A model generated the notes under the pieces. That model made no database searches and was not told the origin of the DNA. It saw nothing but the letters and a program-made list of their open reading frames with translations. From positions 1 to 26,070 of IMG/VR virus record IMGVR_UViG_3300020044_007772: a stretch of 26,070 nt of DNA; one strand, written 5' to 3'. Both the position numbers and the translations under genes were made by a program. Of this stretch, positions 15,729 through 23,635 are shown in pieces. Position 1 is the first letter of the stretch, and each line of letters starts with the position of its first letter. Origin of the DNA: a virus. Taxonomy: Duplodnaviria > Caudoviricetes.

Positions 15729-16082
15729 CTACTTCAGGTTAACGAGCTTGTAATGGGTGGTCGAATAGGTCTGCATCAGGTCGTCGATCAGGTTCTCGAT
15801 CATGGTATTCTTCTTGGCAATCTTGTCCCGATTGGTCTGAATCCAGCCCAGTTCCGTACGAACAGTGTTCACAATACGGTCCTTGGGCATCATCATAATC
15901 CGCACTTCGCCAATCAGGCCATAATAGCCCTGGTAAGCCTCTACGATGCTGTCAATCTTGTCGATCAGGTCATCGTAGAACTTACCTAAAGCCTTATGCT
16001 CGCTATAGGATTTGGTCGAAAAGTGCGCCAGATGGGCCGCGTTCCGCATGGCAAAAACGTGGCTAACGAGTTCCTCAATCAT
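15729..16082 (-). CDS. Ferritin/Dps-like four-helix protein (DUF5856-like)
   Basis: HLAHFSTKSYSEHKALGKFYD...DSIVEAYQG...YKL motif. Confidence 0.75.
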   Translation of the reverse strand: MIEELVSHVFAMRNAAHLAHFSTKSYSEHKALGKFYDDLIDKIDSIVEAYQGYYGLIGEVRIMMMPKDRIVNTVRTELGWIQTNRDKIAKKNTMIENLIDDLMQTYSTTHYKLVNLK

Positions 16083-16261
16083 GATTTTGTCACTCCATGC
16101 CCGGCGAGCAGCATCATCATGCCGAGAGCCGCCACGCCAATAAACCAGTAAATCTTCTGAGCAACAGATTTTCCGATCTGCTCATAGACCTTCTCAATAG
16201 CCCGATCTGCCGCGCGTTCGGCAATGGCGTTCATTTCCGCGTCGCTCAAGGGTTCGCTCAT
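16079..16261 (-). CDS. Small membrane protein (60 aa)
   Basis: IAERAADRAIEKVYEQIGKSV followed by a C-terminal transmembrane segment; ATGA overlaps at both ends. Confidence 0.75.
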   Translation of the reverse strand: MSEPLSDAEMNAIAERAADRAIEKVYEQIGKSVAQKIYWFIGVAALGMMMLLAGHGVTKS

Positions 16262-16404
16262 TCGGATGGTGCTTTCTCAGGAGAAAGCTGCGGCTGAACC
16301 TGCTTGCGGATTTCGTTGATGATGCCTTCAACCTGCACAAACGGGGCGTTGCCTAGCGCGGACATGATGACGTTGATCTGTTCAAGAGTAAGGTCGAGAG
16401 TCAT
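16258..16404 (-). CDS. Small conserved tail-associated protein (48 aa); not in the ORF track
   Basis: MTLDLTLEQINVIMSALGNAPFVQVEGIINEIRKQ...; TAATG and ATGA overlaps with both neighbours. Confidence 0.8.
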   Translation of the reverse strand: MTLDLTLEQINVIMSALGNAPFVQVEGIINEIRKQVQPQLSPEKAPSE

Positions 16405-16709
16405 TATTTGCTCCAAGGAAGGGGAAGTGTAACGGCGTCGATCTGGCTGTCCAGATAAGCCTCAACGCCAGCCTGCGGCGTCACGGCCCAAACCCAACCA
16501 AGCACCTGATCCTGTGTAAGATCGGCATAGGGGGTGTATGGCCCGCCCGCCGTGTAGGCCACAGACGTAGTGCCCGGCAGGCCAGCCGTGTTGCCCTGAT
16601 CGTCCGCAGCCGTGCAGAGCCAGTTGACCTGAAACACAACGTCCGTCTGGCCTTCTGCCTTCGGGTAGGCGGGCATACTGGCGATAGTCCATGTGTATGT
16701 GTTGGTCAT
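16404..16709 (-). CDS. Conserved protein downstream of the tail fibre (possible fibre assembly factor)
   Basis: YTWTI...GQTDVVFQVNW...YTPYADLTQDQVLGWV...LPW pattern; coupled to the fibre gene. Confidence 0.75.
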   Translation of the reverse strand: MTNTYTWTIASMPAYPKAEGQTDVVFQVNWLCTAADDQGNTAGLPGTTSVAYTAGGPYTPYADLTQDQVLGWVWAVTPQAGVEAYLDSQIDAVTLPLPWSK

Positions 16710-17845
16710 TAGTTGAGCCTTTCTTCGAGAGCGGCCACGCGGGCCTTGAGGGCTTCGTTTTCGGCGTAAATGGCTTGCTGCCCTGCGACCAGAAGCGGAA
16801 CTATGTCCGTGTAAGACATGCCCTCATCGTTGCTTGCTACAGCCCACGGAAAAACGGCCCTCGCGTCCTCAACAAAGAGGAACGGCCTCAAGGGCGCGTC
16901 TGGGGCGTCCTCTTTGTACCGGCCCAACTCTGCCCGCAGTCCATTGATGCGGGAAATGGGGTCTGTGATTGGTTCAAAGTCGCATTTCAGGCTGCGCAAA
17001 GAGTTTGCTATCCAAGACGTTCCATTAGCCGCGATGTAAACGCCAGCGGTGCCCGGAATGACGTAGAAGAAAGCCGCCGCAGTCGAGATTTGATTGCCAT
17101 TATAATTTGTCGTGCCGTTTGTTGTCGCAGCGAAGCCGGTAGTGGTCGTTAGTGTCCCCGTGAACGTCGGGCTAGCACTCAGCACCATGCTGCCCGTGCC
17201 GGTCACGCTGTTGGAGAGCGTCACGCCGCCGTAGGTGAGAGCCTTACCAACAGTGACGCTTGCAGTTCCAACAACCAGAGTGCTAGACGACGCGCCTTGC
17301 GCGACTGTAAATGGATACAGCGTTCCGTCATTGACGCCAAACATATCGCCGCTGTTGGCGTAGATGCGCCCAGTGCCCGAAGAGGAGCCGGTGCGCGAAA
17401 GGATGATGCAATTATTCGCGCTTGGCGATGTTGCGGTTTGCTCTTGAATTGTCGGGCTAGTCGACAGCACCATATTGCCGGTGCCGGTGACTGCGTTGCT
17501 GAGAGTGACGCCGCCGTAGGTAATAGCCGCGTCAAACGTAGCCGCCCCAACGTGCCTGCTCGTCGTGCCCACCCACAGGGCCTTCTGCATCGAAATGCCG
17601 CCCGCCGTGATGATCGAGCCCGTCGTGGCCGACGTGGCGTCCGTGGTCAGCGTGGATGACACGCCCTGCGCGAACAGGATGCGCGCCGTGGTCGTGGTCT
17701 GCCCGTCCTTCGTGATCGCCGTGGACAGGCCCGTCGCCAGGTCCGCCGTGAGCGCGTTAAACGCCGTGGATGAGATGACCGTGCCAGTGACCACTGGTTG
17801 CCCAGCCGAATTTATGGAAAAAGTTCCACTGCCGTTGTAGCTCAC
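16709..17845 (-). CDS. Tail fibre protein with C-terminal intramolecular chaperone (peptidase S74-like)
   Basis: GTG start with AAGGA RBS; G/T/S-rich shaft; SLRSLK cleavage-like motif; C-terminal YTDIVPLLV...coiled coil. Confidence 0.82.
   Translation of the reverse strand: MSYNGSGTFSINSAGQPVVTGTVISSTAFNALTADLATGLSTAITKDGQTTTTARILFAQGVSSTLTTDATSATTGSIITAGGISMQKALWVGTTSRHVGAATFDAAITYGGVTLSNAVTGTGNMVLSTSPTIQEQTATSPSANNCIILSRTGSSSGTGRIYANSGDMFGVNDGTLYPFTVAQGASSSTLVVGTASVTVGKALTYGGVTLSNSVTGTGSMVLSASPTFTGTLTTTTGFAATTNGTTNYNGNQISTAAAFFYVIPGTAGVYIAANGTSWIANSLRSLKCDFEPITDPISRINGLRAELGRYKEDAPDAPLRPFLFVEDARAVFPWAVASNDEGMSYTDIVPLLVAGQQAIYAENEALKARVAALEERLN
17166..17527 (-). repeat. Two copies of a ~26-aa/77-bp repeat in the tail fibre (17166-17242, 17451-17527)
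   Basis: AITYGGVTLSNAVTGTGNMVLSTSPT versus ALTYGGVTLSNSVTGTGSMVLSASPT. Confidence 0.85.
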
Positions 17846-18498
17846 TTGACTTTCCTTTTCCGTTGTAGTATGGACGGGGCTTCAATCAAGGAGCCCCAAA
17901 TATGTGGTTTAAACACGGTGAATCTTATACCCCTGTTTATCGCGTATGGCTTCAGATGCGAGCCAGATGTAACAACCCCAATGCCGAACATTATGACAGA
18001 TATGGCGGGCGCGGCATCAAGGTTTGTACGCGCTGGGATGATTTTATGGCGTTCAAAGAGGACATGGGCAAGCGACCAAAGGGCTTTACCATTGAGCGCA
18101 TCGACAATTCTAAGGGCTACGGACCTGATAACTGCAAATGGGCTTCTCGAAAGGAGCAGTCCAATAACAGAGACTGCAATGTTCGCATAACCTACAAAGG
18201 TATCACCAAGACCGTCATGCAATGGGCCGAAGAAACCGGGCTTCATCGCAATACTATTAACGGACGCCTTGCCTTGGGCTGGAAGCCCCGCAAAATCTTC
18301 TCCGAGTACAAACAGACCAACCTTACCGGCCTTGCCATTGGCGGCCTTGCAAACGCCATTAGGCAGCAAGCTAGGACGCACTGCAAACACGGGCATGAAT
18401 TTACGCCCGACAATACCGGCAGCCAGACTTCCGCCAAGGGTACGCCGTCCCGCTATTGCAAGGCTTGTAGGCGCAAACGGTGATGCGGGGCGGGTCAT
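17842..18498 (-). CDS. Putative bridging ORF (218 aa) antisense to the HNH gene
   Basis: Starts in an ATGA overlap with the upstream stop (18495-18498) and ends in a GTGA overlap with the fibre start (17842-17845). No recognisable domain; codon-aligned with the HNH gene. Confidence 0.4.
   Translation of the reverse strand: MTRPASPFAPTSLAIAGRRTLGGSLAAGIVGRKFMPVFAVRPSLLPNGVCKAANGKAGKVGLFVLGEDFAGLPAQGKASVNSIAMKPGFFGPLHDGLGDTFVGYANIAVSVIGLLLSRSPFAVIRSVALRIVDALNGKALWSLAHVLFERHKIIPARTNLDAAPAISVIMFGIGVVTSGSHLKPYAINRGIRFTVFKPHIWGSLIEAPSILQRKRKVK
17876..17897 (+). promoter_or_regulatory. Hairpin sequestering the HNH ribosome-binding site
   Basis: GGGGCTTC-AATCAA-GGAGCCCC: 8-bp stem (one G-U pair) whose 3' arm contains GGAG, ending 4 nt before ATG 17902. 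Confidence 0.7.
17902..18483 (+). CDS. Free-standing HNH-family endonuclease, antisense to the late operon
   Basis: W..MRARC.NPN...Y..YGGRGIKVC.RW..F..F..DMG.RP...TIERIDN..GY.P.NC.WA...Q.NN motif; HTH-like segment; C-terminal THCKHGHEFTPDNT...CKAC zinc finger; AAGGAG RBS. Confidence 0.9.
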   Translation: MWFKHGESYTPVYRVWLQMRARCNNPNAEHYDRYGGRGIKVCTRWDDFMAFKEDMGKRPKGFTIERIDNSKGYGPDNCKWASRKEQSNNRDCNVRITYKGITKTVMQWAEETGLHRNTINGRLALGWKPRKIFSEYKQTNLTGLAIGGLANAIRQQARTHCKHGHEFTPDNTGSQTSAKGTPSRYCKACRRKR

Positions 18499-20222
18499 GG
18501 GATGTCTTCGTAGTTGGGGCGCGCAGCCAATGCCGCCGCAAGGGCTCTAGCAATGTCTTCCTTAGACCTTGGTGTGGCTGCGCCCAAGGCCCGCTGGTAT
18601 GGCTTAGACAAAGAAAAGCTACGCGCTAATGGCGCTCCCGCAGTCTGTGCCGCTGTGAGAGCTAGGCCAAATTCAGGACTGCCGGTTCCGAAACCTACAG
18701 CCGCACCAGGGAGCGAGCGAGCAGCAAGGGATGTTAAATCACCAAGCCTGTATGCTGGCATTTTTTCAGGAGCGCCTGTAACTCTTGGAAATGCCAGTCC
18801 AGCTTCTCCGGCAGTTTGAAGACCGCCAGTTAATTTAGCGTCTCCTTTGTCAATGACACGACCTAGCCTTCTGGCGTCAACATTGCCAGTTGCCGGGTTG
18901 AGCGCCTCTTCGACAAAGTAAGACTGGGCAATCTTTGTTCTTGCTTCAGGCCAGAGAATAGCCAAGTCTTTCGGTATATTGGCTGTTGCTGGCGCGTTCT
19001 TAATGCGCCTAGAAAGCATGTTTTCAATAGCCTCTGACGCGGCTCTCTGTGCCTTACCTAGATCGTTCAATTCAGGCTTGTCAGACATAATGTTTTTGGC
19101 TGATTTCTGCCTAAGGACTTTGGTTAATTCTACTGCAGACGTAGAATCGTAAGCGTTGGAAAAAGGTTTAAACGTCAATGATTTTACAAGATTGCTTACT
19201 TCATCATTTTTAACGATATTTTTAAAGTTTTTAGAAAGAGCATTTATAGTTGTTTTTATAGCCGCAATATCTGAGTTGAATATATCGTCAACCGCAGTCC
19301 CTGGAACATTTTTTACGGCTTGATAAATAGAGCCTGCTTTTGCCCGAACATCATTAAGAGATTGCCTAGTAACAATTTCGTCGCTAATTCCTAATTCTTT
19401 TTTGATTAAGTTATTGGTTGCGGATTGGTTTCTAATGTTTGCCGATCGTTCAATTTGCTCCTCGCCGCCAACTTTTGACAGAACATTTGCCATCATGGAC
19501 GGCTTATTTGACGCCATACTAGGCGGGATAGTATAGCCGCCTTCCATTGCCCGCTGCGTTTGCGGCAGTGCCGCGCCGCCGCGAACCATAAATGGAACGC
19601 CACCAACGGCCATGCCGGTAAGATTAGCCGCCAATGGCGGCATACCGGCTTCAGTGCCTGTCTGGGTTGCAGCACCGGCCATGCCACCAGCAAAAGCTTG
19701 CCTTGTTGGCTGCTTTGCCATGACATCAGCAACGTTGCGAGAAACTGGGTTTGCCATCCTAGGGCCAAGTGTCCCTAAAGCCCGTGGCAGAGAACCGCCG
19801 CCCGTAGCTCCGGCAGCGCCCATTTCGACAATACGCTCAATTTGCGTATCTGGCCGTTCTACGCCTGCTACATCAAGACCGCGATTAACAACGTCTCCAA
19901 AAGTTGTGTATCGCGGCGCTCCGAACCGTGGGCCAATAGCGTTATAAGCGGCTCCGCCAAGTTCCTCTATCGTAGTTGCCAAAGCGCCAGCGGCGGCCCC
20001 AGGAATCGCGCCGACACCAGCAAAGGGCGCGCCCGCAGCAGCGCCTAAAGCCGTTCCAGCCGCAATAGGGGCCATGCCGCGTGTAATTGCTCCGACAAGA
20101 CCACCGCCTGTTACTTTTGGTGGTCTGCTCTCCTTAGCCATGACCTTTTCGATCACTGCGTCTGGCGTTCCGTCTGGAAATTCTATTTCCCCGCCATCTG
20201 GTGCTTTAATTATAATTGCCAT
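18495..20222 (-). CDS. Internal virion / DNA ejection protein (575 aa; start moved to ATG 20222)
   Basis: N-terminal IKAPDGGEIEFPDGTPD motif; Gly/Ala-rich hydrophobic segments; third large ORF of a podovirus-type ejection cluster. Confidence 0.7.
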   Translation of the reverse strand: MAIIIKAPDGGEIEFPDGTPDAVIEKVMAKESRPPKVTGGGLVGAITRGMAPIAAGTALGAAAGAPFAGVGAIPGAAAGALATTIEELGGAAYNAIGPRFGAPRYTTFGDVVNRGLDVAGVERPDTQIERIVEMGAAGATGGGSLPRALGTLGPRMANPVSRNVADVMAKQPTRQAFAGGMAGAATQTGTEAGMPPLAANLTGMAVGGVPFMVRGGAALPQTQRAMEGGYTIPPSMASNKPSMMANVLSKVGGEEQIERSANIRNQSATNNLIKKELGISDEIVTRQSLNDVRAKAGSIYQAVKNVPGTAVDDIFNSDIAAIKTTINALSKNFKNIVKNDEVSNLVKSLTFKPFSNAYDSTSAVELTKVLRQKSAKNIMSDKPELNDLGKAQRAASEAIENMLSRRIKNAPATANIPKDLAILWPEARTKIAQSYFVEEALNPATGNVDARRLGRVIDKGDAKLTGGLQTAGEAGLAFPRVTGAPEKMPAYRLGDLTSLAARSLPGAAVGFGTGSPEFGLALTAAQTAGAPLARSFSLSKPYQRALGAATPRSKEDIARALAAALAARPNYEDIP

Positions 20223-20223
20223 G

Positions 20224-21654
20224 CTAATACACCACTTTCCCGGTTGCCGGGTCGTACCTTCCACGCCTAGTTGTTCCAGATGATGTACTGGGGGCGGCAC
20301 CGGGCTTTCCAACGGGTTTGCCGTTGTTATCTACAATTTTGTAAATTTCTTCGTCTAATCTTTTTAGATTTCGGTCAAGCTGATCGTCAGTGGTGCTTTG
20401 TTCTAAGTCACCGACAACCGCTTGAAGTAATTTGTTCTCAAAGTCGGATACCGGGCCAAGCGCCGCCCCAGTTGGAGAAGCTGCCCGCATTTTCTGCAAT
20501 TTATCAAAGCCAACATTAGCTTTAATTGTTGTCAACAATCCTGACAAAACTCTACTTTGCGTTCCCGGTATGCCCTTAGTGGCGGAGCCAATAATTCCAG
20601 TAACAGGCATTTCAGATTTTTTCATAATAGAACGAGCGTTAGCTATATCGCTTCTAACTATAGATGAAGCGGTGCTTGCGTTAGAGGCTGCCTCGCGAGA
20701 TGAAGCTTCTGTAGTTTCTTTTTCCACATACGCCTTGCCGCCCTGAAACGGGATGGCAATGGGCGCGCCGCGCGCGTCAAGTACGATACTATTATTTGGG
20801 CCGCGCTGCCAAACAAGTCCTTCTCCTGGTTCTCCGTAATTAACGCCAGTTGGGCCGACGTTTACATTGGTTGTTGGCCGCTTACCTTCTGACTGCGCCG
20901 CCAGCCATACTGGGAAGGGCCTTTTTTCCCCGCCCAATACAGCAAACTTATAATTTGTTATATCCGTAGTTTCATCCGCGTCCGCCGCAGGCACAGCAAA
21001 CCTTTGCCCGTAAGTCGGAGAATTGGGATTACTGTCAATCATGCCATTTGCACCGGCGGCGACCATCTTAGGCTGGTCGCGCTCTCTCTCAGCCTCAATC
21101 CGAGCCCGCGCGCCAGTTGCCATCCTTGCCATGTATGGGTTGCCAGACAGTTCATATTCATCAAGCATACGATTTTGTTCTTCGTATGAACGCGGAGTGG
21201 CGGGCAAATTGTAATTAATGTCGCCCATCTTGAGAGCGGCAATAAGCGGGTTTTGCTTAGGCGCGGCTTCTGGGAATTCAGAATTTACGTTAGGCGTATA
21301 GTCTGGTTGAACACCCTTAAGATTAAATTCCTGCCCCGGCAGCGTGGCCGTTTCACCAGGCTTTTCATACAAAGCAGAGCGAGCGTCCAACGCCTCTGCG
21401 CGAGACGCCTTATCCAGCGCCGCAGCATCGCGTTCCGCCTTGCCCGACAGGTACGCCCCGCCAAAGCTGGTCAGGGCCTTGGCAAGAGCGCCGTAGGGCG
21501 AGACGGGGGCGGTAATGCCGCCAGCCGTGGAGACGGGCATTTCCTGCTGGGACATTTCAATGAGCATGTCGGCCAGCTTCTTCTGGCGGGCAAGCTCTGC
21601 CGCGCGGGAAGTGTAATCGCCTTCAAGCGGAGAAGACAAACTTATGTTTACCAT
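20224..21654 (-). CDS. Internal virion / DNA ejection protein (476 aa)
   Basis: Position in the cluster; C-terminal IKANVGFDKLQKMR..SPTGAALGPVS..E...LQ motif seen in such proteins. Confidence 0.7.
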   Translation of the reverse strand: MVNISLSSPLEGDYTSRAAELARQKKLADMLIEMSQQEMPVSTAGGITAPVSPYGALAKALTSFGGAYLSGKAERDAAALDKASRAEALDARSALYEKPGETATLPGQEFNLKGVQPDYTPNVNSEFPEAAPKQNPLIAALKMGDINYNLPATPRSYEEQNRMLDEYELSGNPYMARMATGARARIEAERERDQPKMVAAGANGMIDSNPNSPTYGQRFAVPAADADETTDITNYKFAVLGGEKRPFPVWLAAQSEGKRPTTNVNVGPTGVNYGEPGEGLVWQRGPNNSIVLDARGAPIAIPFQGGKAYVEKETTEASSREAASNASTASSIVRSDIANARSIMKKSEMPVTGIIGSATKGIPGTQSRVLSGLLTTIKANVGFDKLQKMRAASPTGAALGPVSDFENKLLQAVVGDLEQSTTDDQLDRNLKRLDEEIYKIVDNNGKPVGKPGAAPSTSSGTTRRGRYDPATGKVVY

Positions 21655-21669
21655 TACAATGCTCCGTAA

Positions 21670-23229
21670 TTAACCAAACAATTTAGTTCCAAGCGAACCG
21701 CCCAGAGCCCCACCAGCAATGCTACCTAAGCCTCCCATCAGGCCGCCATATCCCTGCATCTGGGCATTATACGCCGCCGTGTCGTAATTGCCCTGATTGG
21801 TCGCGGCCTGGAATATGGGCGCAGCCCCGATCTGCCCGCCGCCCGTGTACTGCTGGAACTGGGGCGTCTGGATTTGGGCACCGCCAAGCAACGCCGCAAT
21901 CTGGTTAAGGGGCTGGTTATACTGGGCCAGCTGCTGCTGGTACGCCTGCAAAGCCGCCTGATTGCCAAACTGCTTGGCCGCAAGGTTCTGATTGAACGCC
22001 TGGGCAGCGGCCTGATTATACAGGCCAGCCGAAGTAGCGGACTGACCGTAATTTTGGGACATTGCCTGATTGGCAAGTTGCTGGGCATTAAGGCGCTGGG
22101 CATAGTTCTGGGCGATAGCCTGATTGGCAGACTCATTGCCCTGCAGTCCCTGCCCAAAATTCTGGGCAATGGCTTGGTTTGCCAGCTGCTGTGCACCGAG
22201 CCCCTGACCGTAGTTCTGGGCAATAGCCTGATTAGCCATTTGCTGCGCTTGAGCAGTTTGCCCAAAGCCCTGTCCCAGAGCCTGATTGTATAGATTGGCC
22301 GCGCCAAGAGCCTGTCCATAACCCTGCTGGTTAGCACTCAAATCAAGGCCGATGCCCTGCAGAGCGGCTTGGCTGACAAGATCGTTCTGCTGCTGCTGCT
22401 GCTCCCGCATGGCGTTATTCCAGGCTTCAGAACCCGGCGTAATACCCTGATTGGCAAGCTGCTGCCTCAAAGCGGAAGACTGCTGGGCAATCTGGGGCTG
22501 CAAGCGGTTCAAGATGGCCTGCTGGCCTGTCATACCGGCATTGACCGGCATGGCCGCAACGCCGGACAGGTTTAAATTGGTCTGAAGATTGCCGTACGGG
22601 GAAGCATTGACGCCTTGGGCCTGCCCGTAAGCCCCGGCGTTGATGCCACCGGCCTGACCATAATCAGCCGCGTTTGTGCCGCGAGCCATACCGTACTGCT
22701 CAGGATTAACGCCGCCCGCAAAACCATACATGCCCATAGCAGGGCCATAGTTCATGGGGGCCTGCTCGCCCAGCGATGTCTCGATGCCGGGACCGGTATA
22801 TTGGAAAGGCTGGCCCATGATATTCTGGGCGGTGCCGATGGCCTGCTCGCCCAAGCCGGAGAGCTTCTGGGTAATGCGCTGCTGGGCCTCAAGCGCAGCC
22901 TGGGACTCAGGCGTCAGGGTTTGGGTGACGGTAGGCTGAAGATCACCAGCGCGGGTAAACTGCGAAATATCAGGGGCAGCGCCGGAAATGTCATTGCCGT
23001 ATTCGTCAACCTGACCTTGGGTATTGCGCCAATTCTGCATGGCCTGTTCGTAGCTCTGCTGATCGACAACAGGCGACGACCCATAGGTAACGGTCTGCTT
23101 GCCGTATGGGCTGATAATATTGGGGTTATTTAAGATAGCAGTTTTCTGCGCGGCCTCGACGTTTGCCGCCGCCTGCTGAGTCGCAGATTGCTGGTAATTC
23201 GGTGCCGGGGGCGGTGACGGTTTACCCAT
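21670..23229 (-). CDS. DNA ejection / pilot protein, Gln/Ala/Gly-rich (519 aa)
   Basis: MGKPSPPPAPNY N-terminus, helical repeats and Gly-rich hydrophobic C-terminus; follows the GNAT gene. Confidence 0.72.
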   Translation of the reverse strand: MGKPSPPPAPNYQQSATQQAAANVEAAQKTAILNNPNIISPYGKQTVTYGSSPVVDQQSYEQAMQNWRNTQGQVDEYGNDISGAAPDISQFTRAGDLQPTVTQTLTPESQAALEAQQRITQKLSGLGEQAIGTAQNIMGQPFQYTGPGIETSLGEQAPMNYGPAMGMYGFAGGVNPEQYGMARGTNAADYGQAGGINAGAYGQAQGVNASPYGNLQTNLNLSGVAAMPVNAGMTGQQAILNRLQPQIAQQSSALRQQLANQGITPGSEAWNNAMREQQQQQNDLVSQAALQGIGLDLSANQQGYGQALGAANLYNQALGQGFGQTAQAQQMANQAIAQNYGQGLGAQQLANQAIAQNFGQGLQGNESANQAIAQNYAQRLNAQQLANQAMSQNYGQSATSAGLYNQAAAQAFNQNLAAKQFGNQAALQAYQQQLAQYNQPLNQIAALLGGAQIQTPQFQQYTGGGQIGAAPIFQAATNQGNYDTAAYNAQMQGYGGLMGGLGSIAGGALGGSLGTKLFG

Positions 23230-23635
23230 ATTGCTCTCCTAAATACTTACAATCGGCCTTCTTCAGCGTGTACAGGATGATGTCGCCGTCAGGTGCCGCG
23301 TCAGTAATTCTAGCCTCTTCTAAAAATCCAACTTTTTTCACAAAGGAATTAATCTTTTCGTTTCCGCTACTTATCGGGGCTATCGCCTTTTCAATGCCGC
23401 AAGTAATGAAACCGTATCTAAAGATTGCTCCCAAAAATGACCTTGTAATCCGCCCTTTAATAGCCAAGTGAACTACAAGAGATTTACCGTTCCAATTCTC
23501 ATAAATAACACCGGCTTTGATGCCGGTATCATCTTCCAATCCTATGGCAGTGCTGGTGTCCGGGCTAAAAGCACCGTTCATCTGCAATGCAACCCAGCGG
23601 CCTACTTCTGTGCCGCTAACTATACGCCCGCCCAT
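23222..23635 (-). CDS. GNAT-fold acetyltransferase-like virion morphogenesis protein (start moved to ATG 23635)
   Basis: AGVIYENWN...AIFRYGF...N......KKVGFLEE motif; between nozzle and ejection genes as in P22-like gene orders. Confidence 0.72.
   Translation of the reverse strand: MGGRIVSGTEVGRWVALQMNGAFSPDTSTAIGLEDDTGIKAGVIYENWNGKSLVVHLAIKGRITRSFLGAIFRYGFITCGIEKAIAPISSGNEKINSFVKKVGFLEEARITDAAPDGDIILYTLKKADCKYLGEQYG

Noticed and set aside
15318-15989. 223-aa plus-strand ORF over the holin and ferritin-like genes
   Set aside because: Antisense shadow of two well-supported genes; no motif.
20223-20312. Track start of the 605-aa ORF at 20312 (likewise 23743, 13455, 10450, 5944, 5375, 3453)
   Set aside because: These extensions overlap upstream genes or lack an RBS; downstream ATGs with RBS or coupling and family-typical N-termini were preferred.
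21738-22337. 199-aa alternative-frame ORF inside the pilot protein gene
   Set aside because: Arg/Pro/Ser-rich by-product of the repetitive Gln/Ala codons; no domain, unlike the nested HNH in the intein.
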